Below are positions 1-9,415 of a stretch of DNA of 25,476 nucleotides, in pieces (the stretch's first letter is position 1; the number at the start of each line of letters is the position of its first letter). The notes under the pieces are model-generated. The model was not told the DNA's origin, ran no database searches, and saw only the letters and a program-made list of their open reading frames with translations. A program made the position numbers and the translations under genes. The DNA is from Candidatus Latescibacterota bacterium (lineage in GTDB: Bacteria > Latescibacterota > UBA2968), in assembly GCA_018650745.1 (NCBI GenBank), contig JABIFK010000871.1, positions 1-25,476 of the forward strand, read 5' to 3'.

Positions 1-363
1 ACTCATGAGAGATTAAAAGGTTTTCTGGCGGAAGTGGCATTGGAAATTCATGTGACCGGTTTTGCAGATGCGTCTCCGATTCAACAGGCTCGGTTGTGGG
101 ACGGTGAAGACGCTTTTCATGAGTCGGGCATTTGGTTAATGCCATCAAAGCCCGTAGAGAGCAATGCGCAATTGGGGTATGCACGGGCCGTTTTTTTAAG
201 CCATTATTTGAGGCAACGGTTTTCAAAGATACGCTATTATGCAGTGGGTGAAGCACATTCACTCAAAGATGATAGGGGGACCTATCGGATGGTTTATGTG
301 GATCTGGTTTTGAAGGGGATACGCAGCGTTAAAGGATTTGAGAGCCTGGTGGCATTTCAATAA
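1..363 (+). CDS. OmpA/MotB-like peptidoglycan-binding domain protein, 3' fragment (starts upstream of the window)
   Basis: Frame 1 is open from base 1 (THERLKGFLAEVALEIHVTGFAD...) to TAA at 361-363. The pattern IHVTGFAD...SNAQLGYARA..LSHYL...AVGE...YRMVYV fits the OmpA-C/MotB consensus GHTD...N..LS..RA..V..YL...G.GE...NRRV, with a long loop insertion after GFAD. Confidence 0.65.
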   Translation, partial: THERLKGFLAEVALEIHVTGFADASPIQQARLWDGEDAFHESGIWLMPSKPVESNAQLGYARAVFLSHYLRQRFSKIRYYAVGEAHSLKDDRGTYRMVYVDLVLKGIRSVKGFESLVAFQ

Positions 364-809
364 TCATGAGTTGTGTGGTATTTCACTCTCGGTGGTGTGT
401 GGAAAATGGCACATATTTTTAACTACTTAATTATAAAGGGTATATGGGTGGGTAACTGTTTGGGGCTTGGTCCGTGTGTGGTAAAAATCTCATATGTTGT
501 GTGTATTCGTTTGAGGAATCTTTGCTGAGCCAAAGCTTTCTTTTTAATTTTAAAATGTTGAAATTTCTTAGTTTGAGAGCTGCCCGTCCGTTGATCGGCA
601 GTTTTTGTGCGTACAGAGGCGATGTTGGCACAGTTCTTCCTCTGTCTATGAGCATCTTCTATAGAAAAGAGATCTGGTTCAAGTGGGTGACAACCGTGTT
701 GCACATCACGGGTTAATCGATATGGCTGCCATGCCGGTTTGGTGATTCTACAACCAAGATCCTTTTTTGTATCAAATGCTGTTGTTGTACACTTTTAAGG
801 AGGCAGGAC

Positions 810-992
810 ATGTTTGGCGCGTCTTTTATCATTTGGGTGGTGCTGGCGATTGTAACTGCGTTTATGGCTGCGAAGAAGAATCGTTCCTTTATCGGATGGT
901 TGATGATTGGCATCGTATTTCCCTTGATTGGGTTTATTATGGTTTTGGTGATGCCCGAGGGTGAATTGTTAGAGACCTCTACGCAATCCTGA
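810..992 (+). CDS. Small two-TM membrane protein, 60 aa (possible magnetosome-associated protein)
   Basis: Strong SD (AAGGAGG) just upstream of the ATG. Two hydrophobic segments flank a basic loop (AAKKNRSFIGW). First gene of an apparent operon with the MamO-Cter-like gene. Confidence 0.8.
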   Translation: MFGASFIIWVVLAIVTAFMAAKKNRSFIGWLMIGIVFPLIGFIMVLVMPEGELLETSTQS

Positions 993-1046
993 ATACAATA
1001 GCCTTTGTTTGAAAATGTTAACAATTTCTAGCACGAGGAGAATAAC

Positions 1047-1232
1047 ATGGCAGAAAAGAATGAAAACCCGAAAACCATTGAAGTTGGTGCACTTTATGCC
1101 GGTGTGGAAAAGCTGGTTGGTGGCGTAAAGAAATTCGATGCCGGTGTGAGTGATCGCGCGGCTGGTTTGTCAGGGAAACTGACGAACTATTTTCGAAAAG
1201 CAATAGATTCATATGAAGAAACAAAAAAATAG
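1047..1232 (+). CDS. Small soluble hypothetical protein, 61 aa
   Basis: SD GAGGAG upstream of the ATG. Co-oriented between 810-992 and 1269-2198 with short gaps. Protein-like, amphipathic composition. Confidence 0.7.
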   Translation: MAEKNENPKTIEVGALYAGVEKLVGGVKKFDAGVSDRAAGLSGKLTNYFRKAIDSYEETKK

Positions 1233-1268
1233 TAATAAACCGAACCTGTCTGGTGTGTGGAGTCACTT

Positions 1269-2198
1269 ATGATGGCACAAAATAGCAGTAATAAAATGGG
1301 ATGGCTACCGGTTACGGGTATGGTGTTTGTGGCCATAATTATTGTGACTGGGTTGTTTAGTGGGCCACACAATATTGGCCCGTGGGGCGGGTGGGGTGCG
1401 TGGAGTGGGATATCTTATGAAGAGGCGTTTTTATTGGTCCTTCTGGGATTTGTCTCGGGTAGTGTCGGTGGCATGTTGGGCATGGGTGGTGGGGTTTTGA
1501 AAGTGATTATTCTTCACCTTTTGTTGGGTTTTACAATTCCTTTTGCCAGGGTTGTTTCGCTGTTGAGTTATGTTGTGATATCGCTGTCTTCTTTTATGAG
1601 ATATCGAAAATATGGGTTGGTGCTGTGGGGGATGACCAAATTGCTCATTATCTCCTCTATTTTGGGTGTTTTGATCGGTGTTGTGATTGGCAGCTGGATC
1701 AACATCGAATATGTTGAAATTCTTCTCGGTATTTATGCGCTTTGCACGGGTGTTATTGTGTTGAACCAGATGTGGGTGAACCCTACTGAAGAAGAGATCT
1801 CGGAGCTTGACGAAGGAGAGGTCAACGAGACAACGGTCTCTGGCATTGGTTTCGGTATGGGACTGATCAGCAGTCTTATTGGTATTAGTGGTGGCATTTT
1901 ATCGACGCCGCTTCAGCAAACATTATTAAAGATTCCTTTGAAAAATGCGATTGCCAACTCTATTACTGCCGCTATTTTTTGTTCTTTTACTGGCTCCATT
2001 TTTTTGCTCTATTCTGGCGTAAAAAGTGCGAGCTTTTTGTTGGAAGATGTCTTTATTGTAGCGATCTGTTTGGTGCCCGGCAATATTCTTGGTGCACAAT
2101 TTGGAAGCTCTTTGACAAAGAGGCTGCACGTGAACTACGTGCGTGTTACTTTTGTGGTCGTGATATTTGCCATCGGTTTCAGGATTCTTTTGATATGA
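1269..2198 (+). CDS. mamO-Cter: TauE/SafE-fold multi-pass membrane protein resembling the MamO C-terminal domain (MamO-Cter)
   Basis: Two TauE half-repeats with glycine-rich motifs (GGMLGMGGGVLKV; MGLISSLIGISGGILSTPLQ...LKNAIANS) and an acidic central loop. GGM..MGGGVL.V, LV.W...K.LI, V.ILLG..AL and GISGG...PLQ......L.NAIANS match MamO as I recall it. The ORF track starts at GTG 1257; ATG 1269 (or 1272) follows GGAG at 1259-1262 and is preferred. TauE fold is secure; the MamO orthology is from memory. Confidence 0.7.
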   Translation: MMAQNSSNKMGWLPVTGMVFVAIIIVTGLFSGPHNIGPWGGWGAWSGISYEEAFLLVLLGFVSGSVGGMLGMGGGVLKVIILHLLLGFTIPFARVVSLLSYVVISLSSFMRYRKYGLVLWGMTKLLIISSILGVLIGVVIGSWINIEYVEILLGIYALCTGVIVLNQMWVNPTEEEISELDEGEVNETTVSGIGFGMGLISSLIGISGGILSTPLQQTLLKIPLKNAIANSITAAIFCSFTGSIFLLYSGVKSASFLLEDVFIVAICLVPGNILGAQFGSSLTKRLHVNYVRVTFVVVIFAIGFRILLI

Positions 2199-2324
2199 GT
2201 TGGCGGGTTGCGAGAATGGTGTTTGCGTAGGTATCGTTTTGGTGTGATCAATGGCTTGTTCATATGCCTTGAACTGTAGAACCCAATAGGGCACTATTTG
2301 AACCCTTTATTAACGAGATATGCC

Positions 2325-3032
2325 ATGCCAAACGCACTGTCCTCTCAATCGGCTTTTAGCTTTGATACCACTGTGCTGGATGCACTTTATGAGCACATTG
2401 CCGTGTTAGATCCATTGGGCAACATCCTTTTTGTCAATAAGGCTTGGAAAGAATTTGCCATTGAAAACGGTTATGGAAGCTCTGATCATGGGCTTGGTGT
2501 GAACTATTGTTCTGTCACAACAGACAAAGAAGTAGAAGAGAGTATCTTGTCTGTTTTAGATGGCACTCTCGCACGTTATGCCTATGAATATCCCTGTCAT
2601 TCTCCAACAGAAAAGCGCTGGTTTTTGCTTTATGCAACTCCCATTGTCAACGCTCAAGACCAAATCACAGGTGCGGTAACATCACACATCAACATAAGCA
2701 AACGCAAACTGGTAGAATTACAAGTTGAAGAACTTCAAGCAAAATTACTTGAAACCGAACGCAATCGGGTTCTAATAGAAACTGCATGTGCGGCCGCTCA
2801 CGAAATTAATCAGCCACTGACAGCCATTTTGGGGCAGGCACAATTGTTATCTCGGCGCACCGATTTACCAGCAGATATAGCAGACGACATACAATTTATC
2901 GAACAAAGCGGTCAGCGCATCAATGCCATTGTTCAAAAAATGAACGAAGTAAAAACCTATGTATCCAAGTCTTATGTTGGCAAAGTCAACATTGTCGATT
3001 TTAATGTCTCAACAGATTCAAATGTGGAATAA
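2325..3032 (+). CDS. PAS domain + HisKA dimerization/phosphoacceptor protein lacking the HATPase domain
   Basis: PAS motif (VLDALYEHIAVLDPLGNILFVNKAW...YEYPCHSPTEKRWF...HINISKRK), coiled linker and H-box AAHEINQPLTAILG. The protein ends about 60 aa later with no N/G1/F/G2 boxes. The ORF track starts at TTG 2298; ATG 2325 is preferred but not certain. Confidence 0.85.
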   Translation: MPNALSSQSAFSFDTTVLDALYEHIAVLDPLGNILFVNKAWKEFAIENGYGSSDHGLGVNYCSVTTDKEVEESILSVLDGTLARYAYEYPCHSPTEKRWFLLYATPIVNAQDQITGAVTSHINISKRKLVELQVEELQAKLLETERNRVLIETACAAAHEINQPLTAILGQAQLLSRRTDLPADIADDIQFIEQSGQRINAIVQKMNEVKTYVSKSYVGKVNIVDFNVSTDSNVE

Positions 3033-3079
3033 GCGGAATTATTCATTTTGTCGTGCATTATGATATTTAGGAGCATACG

Positions 3080-3253
3080 ATGAGTCATTTGGACAAAATG
3101 TTGGTCAGAAACTACTGGTTGATTCAACGCCTATGTCATACACATCCGCAACTGCGTGTTTATATTCGGGCATTGGGGCGTCGGATGAAGCGTCGTGGTA
3201 TTTCACCCAAACAGATTAATGACTTGGGTTTGGCACTCGAATCGCGTGACTAA
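3080..3253 (+). CDS. Small basic hypothetical protein, 57 aa (below the ORF-track cutoff)
   Basis: Translated by hand: MSHLDKMLVRNYWLIQRLCHTHPQLRVYIRALGRRMKRRGISPKQINDLGLALESRD*. SD TAGGAG upstream of ATG 3080; TAA at 3251-3253. Confidence 0.55.
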   Translation: MSHLDKMLVRNYWLIQRLCHTHPQLRVYIRALGRRMKRRGISPKQINDLGLALESRD

Positions 3254-3435
3254 AGAACTGGGTATTGCTGCCAAAGTGCATAAAGATTACCTGCTAAGAA
3301 GGACGGGATCTGGAAGTGCGAACGCCCGTGATAATACCATAGGCAACATCGGTCAAGTTGCGATGCCCAATGGGTGTTTGAGATGATTTGATCTTGTCCT
3401 GCAAGGACGAGTGGTTTAACCCTGTTATCCCAAAG

Positions 3436-3477
3436 AAAAAAGGAGCTACGAGTAAAAACGCGTAGCTCCTTTTTTTT
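3436..3477. terminator. Bidirectional Rho-independent terminator
   Basis: AAAAAAGGAGCTACG-loop(AGTAAAAACG)-CGTAGCTCCTTTTTT: a perfect stem with A-run and T-run flanks, between convergent units and 35 bp past the RND stop. Confidence 0.85.
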
Positions 3478-3511
3478 GTTTGTCGCTGTCTTGTGATCTT
3501 CTAAAATGTGA

Positions 3512-6500
3512 TTAAGCCGATTGGCTTAACTCGTGTTGTGATCGGGGTGTTGTTGTCAGTGAAACGATGTCTTCCAAAATCATGTAAAGACAGGGTACAA
3601 GCAGGAGGATAATGGATGTGGCGAAGACGATGCCAAAACCGAGTGAGATGGCCATGGGGATGAGGTAATAGGCTTGACGAGAGGTTTCGAGGATGATGGG
3701 GGTAAGACCGCCAAAGGTGGTGAGCGTTGTGAGGATGATGGGCCTGAACCTGCGCAGCCCCGCTTGGTGGATGGCTTCGAAAGCAGAAAATTCGCCCCGT
3801 CTTTTATTGGCGAAATCGATCATGATGAGGGAATCGTTGACAACGACACCGGAGAGTGCGATGACACCCATAAGGCTGATGAGTGAGAGATCATAACCGA
3901 GTAAGATGTGCCCGATGACGGCACCGACGATGCCAAATGGAATGGCTGTCATCACGATAAGGGGTTGAAGATAACTGCCAAATGCGATGGCCAGCAGCAT
4001 GTAGATGGCGATCATAGCCAATGCAAAACCGGCCCAAAGGGCTTGTGTCGATTCTCGCATTTCGGCTTGAGTACCTTGATATGTCCATGTAAGACCGGGA
4101 TATTCGGCCCGTAGTTGAGGCAGCTCTTCGGAATTGATGGCATCCAAAACACGGGTCATTGCACGTTTGGGCTCCACGTCTAGGCTCACGGTCACTGCAC
4201 GGCGGCCGTCTTGTCGGTTGATGCTTGTGAAGGCTTCGCCGCGCTCAATGCGCACCACATCCATGAGGGGCACTTCTGTGCCATTGGGCGTGCGAATGAT
4301 GAAGTTTTCTAAGTGGCGGATGTCTTTTCGTTCCTCTATGGGCAACTTTACGCGCATTTCTATTTCGTTGGTGCCGCGCAATTGACGCATAGCGAGTGCG
4401 CCAAAAAAAGCGTCGCGTACTTGGCGGCCCACGTCTACGGCGGTTAAACCCAAATGCCGTCCCTCTGGACGAAGTACAAAGTCGAACTGAGTTTTTCCTT
4501 TGTTGTAGTTGTCGCTCACATCGCGTGCTTCTTCAAATTGTTGGACTTGTTTTACAAACGCTTGGCTGGCTTTTTCAAGCACATCAATGTCTTCATGGCT
4601 CAGTGCCACGCTGATGTCTTGTCGATACCCCCCTGGACCACTTTCGGCCTCAAAGGTGATTTGGGCAACGCCGTCGATGTCGCCGATGTTGTCGCGCCAC
4701 AAGGTGATGATTTCTGCGGTTGTCATGTCGTGTTCATCGGGTGGTTTCATCACTATTTCCACATCGATGAAGTTGCCGCGTCGCACATTGGTTTTGATGC
4801 CTTCGGAAACGCGATAGAGGTTGTGTTCTTCAAACATACGATGGGTTGATTCGGTGACTTCGTTGGCTATGCGTGCGGCTTGATCGCGGGTGGTGCCAAT
4901 GGGCAGGCGAATGCCGGCCTCGATTTCGTCGGCAGACAGTTCGGGCATCATGATCATGCCCATGTGATCGCTGTATCCATATCCACCCACAACGATGAAG
5001 AGTGCAACGGCTGAGGTGAGGGTGATGTACCGGTTTCGGATACAGCTGTCTAAGAAAGCGCGATATTTGGTGTCGACAAAGTGGTTGAATTTGTTGGCAA
5101 AAGATTGTTGCCAGCGGTGCACGGTTTCACCAATGGGTGAGGCCTTCTTCTTGGACACGTGCCCGAGATGTGCAGGGAGAATGACGAGGGCTTCTAATAA
5201 TGAAACGGCCAGCACCGTGATGACAACTGCGGGCAGAGGCCACCAGAATTTTCCGGTGGTGCCGGGCATAAATAAGAGCGGTATAAAAGCAACAATATTG
5301 GTGAGGATGCTGAACGTAACTGGGCCTGCTACATCGCGGGTGCCGGCGATGGCCGCCTCCATAAAGTTCATGCCTTGCTGGCGATATTCGTAGACATTTT
5401 CGCCGACGACAATGGCGTCGTCTACAACAATGCCAAGCACGACCAGGAAGGCAAACATGGAAACCATGTTGATGCTGACACCAATGGCGGGTAGGAGCAC
5501 CAAACTGCCAATGAAGGAGATGCACATGCCCATCATAACCCAGAAGGCGAGTCGGTATTCGAGAAAGGCGGCGAGTATAAAAAAGACGATCACGATGGCA
5601 ATGAGACCATTTTCTGTGAGCAAAGACAGGCGATCACCGTAATCATCGGCAGCATTGCCATCGATGCGAAACTGAACGCCTGGTGGCAAGGTGGTCTCAT
5701 AGTCTTGAAGAATTGTTTCGACTGCCGAGGCAATCTCAAGGGGGGATTGGTTACCTATGCGGTAGATTCTCACTCCCACAGTGAGTTGGCGGTTGAACTG
5801 TTCGTGGAATCCGCCTTCTTCAAACCCATCGGTGATGGTGGCCAAGTCAGATAATGTAACTGCTGCGCCATTCTCGGATGGAATGATGACAATGTTGCCA
5901 AACTCGTTGGCCCATTGCTTGCGCTCTTTCATTCTCAAAAGAATTTCACCGGTACCTGTTTCAACGGCACCGGCTGGTATATCTTCGCTTGATTGCTCAA
6001 TGATGCGTGACACTTCTCTGAGTGTGAGTTTGTATTCTCGCAATTTGGTTTGAGAGATCTCGACATGGGTCATGTAGTCGGGCACGTTGCTGATAGATAC
6101 TTGTGTAATGGATGGATCACCCAAGAGTTGATCTCGAAGGCGTTCGGCCAATTTGCGCAGGGTGCCAATGTTCACATCGCCATAAATGCCAATGGACATC
6201 ACGCTTCGTTGAGATGCTTGGAGTTGTACCTCGGGCTGTTCGATGTCGTCGGGAAAGGTGCGAATGCGGTTGATGGCTTGGTCAATGTCTTGGAATGATT
6301 TCATGCGATCGGTACCGGCAACCAACTCAATTGTCACACTGCCACGTCCTTCTCGGGCTTGTGAGGTAATCTCCTTAATGCCTTGTATGCCTCTAATCGC
6401 GCCTTCTATGGGCTGTAAAATGCCTTGTTCCACTTCAGACGGTGCTGCACCCGGATAGCCGACATTGACGCGAACAATGTCCAACTCATATTGCGGGTAG

Positions 6501-6649
6501 ACTTCTTTTTGCATGTAGAATGCTGTCCATATTCCGCCACCGATGAGCATGATCATCAAGAGGTTTGCGGCAATGGCATTTTGTGCCATCCAAACGATGG
6601 GACCAGAGCGGCTTGTTTCTTCCACGACTTGAGCGGGTGTGTCATTCAT
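3512..6649 (-). CDS. RND efflux transporter permease, AcrB/AcrD/AcrF family (1045 aa)
   Basis: N-terminal [14 protein letters not shown]4 [14 protein letters not shown] (proton-relay Asp pair), [12 protein letters not shown] and [18 protein letters not shown]. Two large periplasmic loops. Start overlaps the MFP stop (6642-6649). Confidence 0.97.
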   Translation of the reverse strand: MNDTPAQVVEETSRSGPIVWMAQNAIAANLLMIMLIGGGIWTAFYMQKEVYPQYELDIVRVNVGYPGAAPSEVEQGILQPIEGAIRGIQGIKEITSQAREGRGSVTIELVAGTDRMKSFQDIDQAINRIRTFPDDIEQPEVQLQASQRSVMSIGIYGDVNIGTLRKLAERLRDQLLGDPSITQVSISNVPDYMTHVEISQTKLREYKLTLREVSRIIEQSSEDIPAGAVETGTGEILLRMKERKQWANEFGNIVIIPSENGAAVTLSDLATITDGFEEGGFHEQFNRQLTVGVRIYRIGNQSPLEIASAVETILQDYETTLPPGVQFRIDGNAADDYGDRLSLLTENGLIAIVIVFFILAAFLEYRLAFWVMMGMCISFIGSLVLLPAIGVSINMVSMFAFLVVLGIVVDDAIVVGENVYEYRQQGMNFMEAAIAGTRDVAGPVTFSILTNIVAFIPLLFMPGTTGKFWWPLPAVVITVLAVSLLEALVILPAHLGHVSKKKASPIGETVHRWQQSFANKFNHFVDTKYRAFLDSCIRNRYITLTSAVALFIVVGGYGYSDHMGMIMMPELSADEIEAGIRLPIGTTRDQAARIANEVTESTHRMFEEHNLYRVSEGIKTNVRRGNFIDVEIVMKPPDEHDMTTAEIITLWRDNIGDIDGVAQITFEAESGPGGYRQDISVALSHEDIDVLEKASQAFVKQVQQFEEARDVSDNYNKGKTQFDFVLRPEGRHLGLTAVDVGRQVRDAFFGALAMRQLRGTNEIEMRVKLPIEERKDIRHLENFIIRTPNGTEVPLMDVVRIERGEAFTSINRQDGRRAVTVSLDVEPKRAMTRVLDAINSEELPQLRAEYPGLTWTYQGTQAEMRESTQALWAGFALAMIAIYMLLAIAFGSYLQPLIVMTAIPFGIVGAVIGHILLGYDLSLISLMGVIALSGVVVNDSLIMIDFANKRRGEFSAFEAIHQAGLRRFRPIILTTLTTFGGLTPIILETSRQAYYLIPMAISLGFGIVFATSIILLLVPCLYMILEDIVSLTTTPRSQHELSQSA

Positions 6650-7841
6650 TGCCAGTACCTCCCGACTTGTTCTCTGGTAAGGTGTTTTTTACACGCAGAG
6701 CAGCACCTTCGCGGACTCTCGACAGGTTTGTTGCGACGACCCAATCGTTGTTTTGTAATCCTTCTGAGATATAGGCATATTCTGCATCGCGGAAGGCGAT
6801 TTTAACGGGACGAATGCTCAGTTTTTCATTTTCTAAGACCCATACGGTGTTGTTGGACCGCACATAATCTCGACGGATACGGATGGCGTTTTTAATGGGC
6901 TCGGCTTCAATGCCTGTTTCGACAAAGGCACCAATCATCAGTGGGGGTAAACCTGCCGATTCTGGGCGGTGAGAAAGGGGATCGGACACGGATACATAAA
7001 CGCGTGCCATGCGTGTTTGTTCTTCGAGGGCCCCTACCATTCTGTGAAGTGAGCCTGTGCGGTAGGTATCTTCTCGCCAAGCGATTCGGTTTTGAATGTG
7101 AACAAGCGACCCTGCTTCACCTTCGGTTTGGGGAAATGACAGCCACGGGAGATGGGTCAGAGGAACGGTTGTGACGACCCAATAGGTGTCGAGACCAACC
7201 AATCGCCCGAGATCGTCTCTTGGCGACACTTGTGATCCAACGCTAACATTTCGGCTTAGAATATGTGCTTTAAAAGGTGCTTTGATTTTTGTTCTTTCCA
7301 ACTCGAGTTTGGCTTGGTCAACTGCGGCTTGGGCGGATTCCACTTTTGCTCGGGCGGCGTTGAGTTGGGGTTCTCTCAGGACGAGAGATTTATATTCTGT
7401 GGCCAAGGCCTCGTCGAGCAGTTGATAATCCTTTAATGCCACATTCTGGCGTCCCATCTCCACATTTAAGTCAGAGACGGCTTGGCGCAGTTCGCTTTTG
7501 CGCTGTTGCAGCGAGTTTTGGTAGTCTGCTGGGTCGATTTGTAATAAGACGTCCCCTTTGTTTACAAAACCACCGGGTGTGAATGCTGACGATAAGGTAA
7601 TAATTTCACCACCCACCCGTGGACTTAGGGTGATGTCTTGTGCGGGTTCAACCGTGCCCATGGCCATGATGGTTGGTTTGTAGTCATTTTGTTGCACGCG
7701 TATGACGTCTACAAGCATGGCCGTTTTACGTGTTGCGGTGATGCGGGTTGCTTTGGGTTCGGTAGAGAAAATGAGCGCGGTAATGGCTGCGCCTACGAGA
7801 AGAATGAGGCCACAAAGGCGGAGCGTTTTTTTTCTGTCCAC
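6642..7841 (-). CDS. RND efflux periplasmic adaptor (membrane fusion protein)
   Basis: N-terminal TM anchor, lipoyl-like halves ([10 protein letters not shown]...[18 protein letters not shown]; [14 protein letters not shown]) around an alpha-hairpin, C-terminal [12 protein letters not shown]. The ORF track starts at TTG 7901; GTG 7841 (VDRKKT) is preferred, start uncertain. Confidence 0.93.
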   Translation of the reverse strand: MDRKKTLRLCGLILLVGAAITALIFSTEPKATRITATRKTAMLVDVIRVQQNDYKPTIMAMGTVEPAQDITLSPRVGGEIITLSSAFTPGGFVNKGDVLLQIDPADYQNSLQQRKSELRQAVSDLNVEMGRQNVALKDYQLLDEALATEYKSLVLREPQLNAARAKVESAQAAVDQAKLELERTKIKAPFKAHILSRNVSVGSQVSPRDDLGRLVGLDTYWVVTTVPLTHLPWLSFPQTEGEAGSLVHIQNRIAWREDTYRTGSLHRMVGALEEQTRMARVYVSVSDPLSHRPESAGLPPLMIGAFVETGIEAEPIKNAIRIRRDYVRSNNTVWVLENEKLSIRPVKIAFRDAEYAYISEGLQNNDWVVATNLSRVREGAALRVKNTLPENKSGGTGNE

Positions 7842-7960
7842 GTTGGTTCTATCCGTTTTGATGGGTGGTGATGCAATCTTGAAACGTAAGTAACAAAGCA
7901 AAAACGATTGGATGTGTCAGCCTAATTTAAAATGAATTATTGCTGACGAATCCCTCTGTG

Positions 7961-7981
7961 TCTCCCTTTAAAAAAGGGAGA
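7961..7981. repeat. Short intergenic palindrome (REP-like or mRNA stability hairpin) inside the efflux operon
   Basis: TCTCCCTTT-AAA-AAAGGGAGA, a perfect 9-bp stem in the gap between the OMF and MFP genes. Function is inferred. Confidence 0.4.
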
Positions 7982-8041
7982 GATGGCTTTGGTTATGTTA
8001 TAGATTGACTTTGAAACGCACGATTTATTGTACTTTACAGC

Positions 8042-9415
8042 TTAATTATTGTTGGTCTCACGGTCGGTTTTAAAGCCACCTGCAAGGGCGCGATATAAGG
8101 CCACTCGAAATTCCAATAACTCAAGTTTTGCAGAGATCAGGTCGCGTTGAAGCCGTTGTTCGTTCGTGAGTGCGGTGAGCACATCGAGGTAGTCACTGAG
8201 ACCGTTTAAATATTCGATGCGCAGTTGATCATAGGTTTGTCTGACGAGAGTGACTTGGGCTTCGATGCTGGCGATTTGTTCACTTTGTTTCTTTTCTTGA
8301 ATCAGCGCATTTTCTACTTCTTGAAATGCGGTGAGGACTTTTTGGCCATAAGAATAGAGCTGTTCACTTTTGATGGCCTCGTTGCGTTTGACTTCGGCAC
8401 GGCGTTGTCCGCCGTCAAAAATGGGCGCAAGCAGGTTGCCCGCAAAATTGCTGGTCCAATCTTCAAACAAGCCGCTTATGTTGTTGCTGGTAGAAGATCC
8501 AGAGGCTGTGAGGGTTAAACGCGGGTAACGATTGCTCAAGGCCACTGCCAATTCTCTGTCGGCGGCTTGAAGGATGTTGTAGGCTTTTTGCACATCGGGG
8601 CGGCGTTGAATGAGTTCGGCTGGAAGGCCTGCATCGGGTATTGGAGGAAGATCGGGTAATGATAGAGGCGTGTATGCTATCTTTGCTTTGGGTGGACGCC
8701 CAAGCAAGACTGCCAATTGGTGTTCTAAAACTTGTATTCTGGATTCGGTGATGATCTTTTGTTCGCGTGTTGATTCGATCAACTGTTTTTGACGGAGAAT
8801 ATCTACGCTGCGGGTTTGACCACTGCCGAACCGTGCTTTGATGAGGCTGAGCACTTTTTGGTTGGTTTCGATTTGATGGTTAAAGAGGGCGAGTCGGTTT
8901 TGAGCACTGGTCAGTTGAAAATAGGTGCGCACAACTTCTGCCGAGAGTGAGAGGGCGGCTGTTTGATAGTCGGCATGGGTGGCTTTTGCCCGATAGTGTT
9001 GGGCTGCAATGCCGGAGCTGATGCGCCCCCATAGATCTATTTCGTATTCGGATGTGATGCCAAGCCGAAGTTTTTCATCGCCAGGAGATTTGGGGCGTTC
9101 TACTTCGCCGCCTAAGCGCACGTTTAAATCGGGAAACCGAGCGGCCGATTCACCACTGACAAGGGCTTGTGCGGCTCGAAGCCGTTGCCAAGCTGTTTCG
9201 AGGTTGAAATTGGATTGCAAGGCCCGATTGACCAATGAGTCCATATTGGCATTGCCAAAATCGGTCCACCAATGTTCGGAAAGTGGGTGAGCGCTGGTAT
9301 TCGAAAAGGTTTCTGGCGTTTGAAGAGGAAGGGAAAGGTTTGTAGATTTAGGAGAACACGCAAGCAGCACGGTGAGTGCAATGCCGATCAGAACGATAGG
9401 AGCATTTCGTGCCAT
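8042..9415 (-). CDS. Outer-membrane efflux lipoprotein, TolC/OprM/NodT family
   Basis: Lipobox LLA-C after the signal peptide MARNAPIVLIGIALTVLLAC. Hallmarks WWTDFGN, YEIDLWGRI, LPAELIQRRPDVQKA, YPRLTL, PIFDGG and LYRALAGG. The ORF track starts at 9460; ATG 9415 gives a canonical signal length. Confidence 0.95.
   Translation of the reverse strand: MARNAPIVLIGIALTVLLACSPKSTNLSLPLQTPETFSNTSAHPLSEHWWTDFGNANMDSLVNRALQSNFNLETAWQRLRAAQALVSGESAARFPDLNVRLGGEVERPKSPGDEKLRLGITSEYEIDLWGRISSGIAAQHYRAKATHADYQTAALSLSAEVVRTYFQLTSAQNRLALFNHQIETNQKVLSLIKARFGSGQTRSVDILRQKQLIESTREQKIITESRIQVLEHQLAVLLGRPPKAKIAYTPLSLPDLPPIPDAGLPAELIQRRPDVQKAYNILQAADRELAVALSNRYPRLTLTASGSSTSNNISGLFEDWTSNFAGNLLAPIFDGGQRRAEVKRNEAIKSEQLYSYGQKVLTAFQEVENALIQEKKQSEQIASIEAQVTLVRQTYDQLRIEYLNGLSDYLDVLTALTNEQRLQRDLISAKLELLEFRVALYRALAGGFKTDRETNNN

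Noticed and set aside
474-716. 80-aa ORF and overlapping minus-strand ORFs between the OmpA-like gene and the microprotein operon
   Set aside because: No SD, atypical Cys/Phe-rich composition and no motif; more likely a promoter or leader region.
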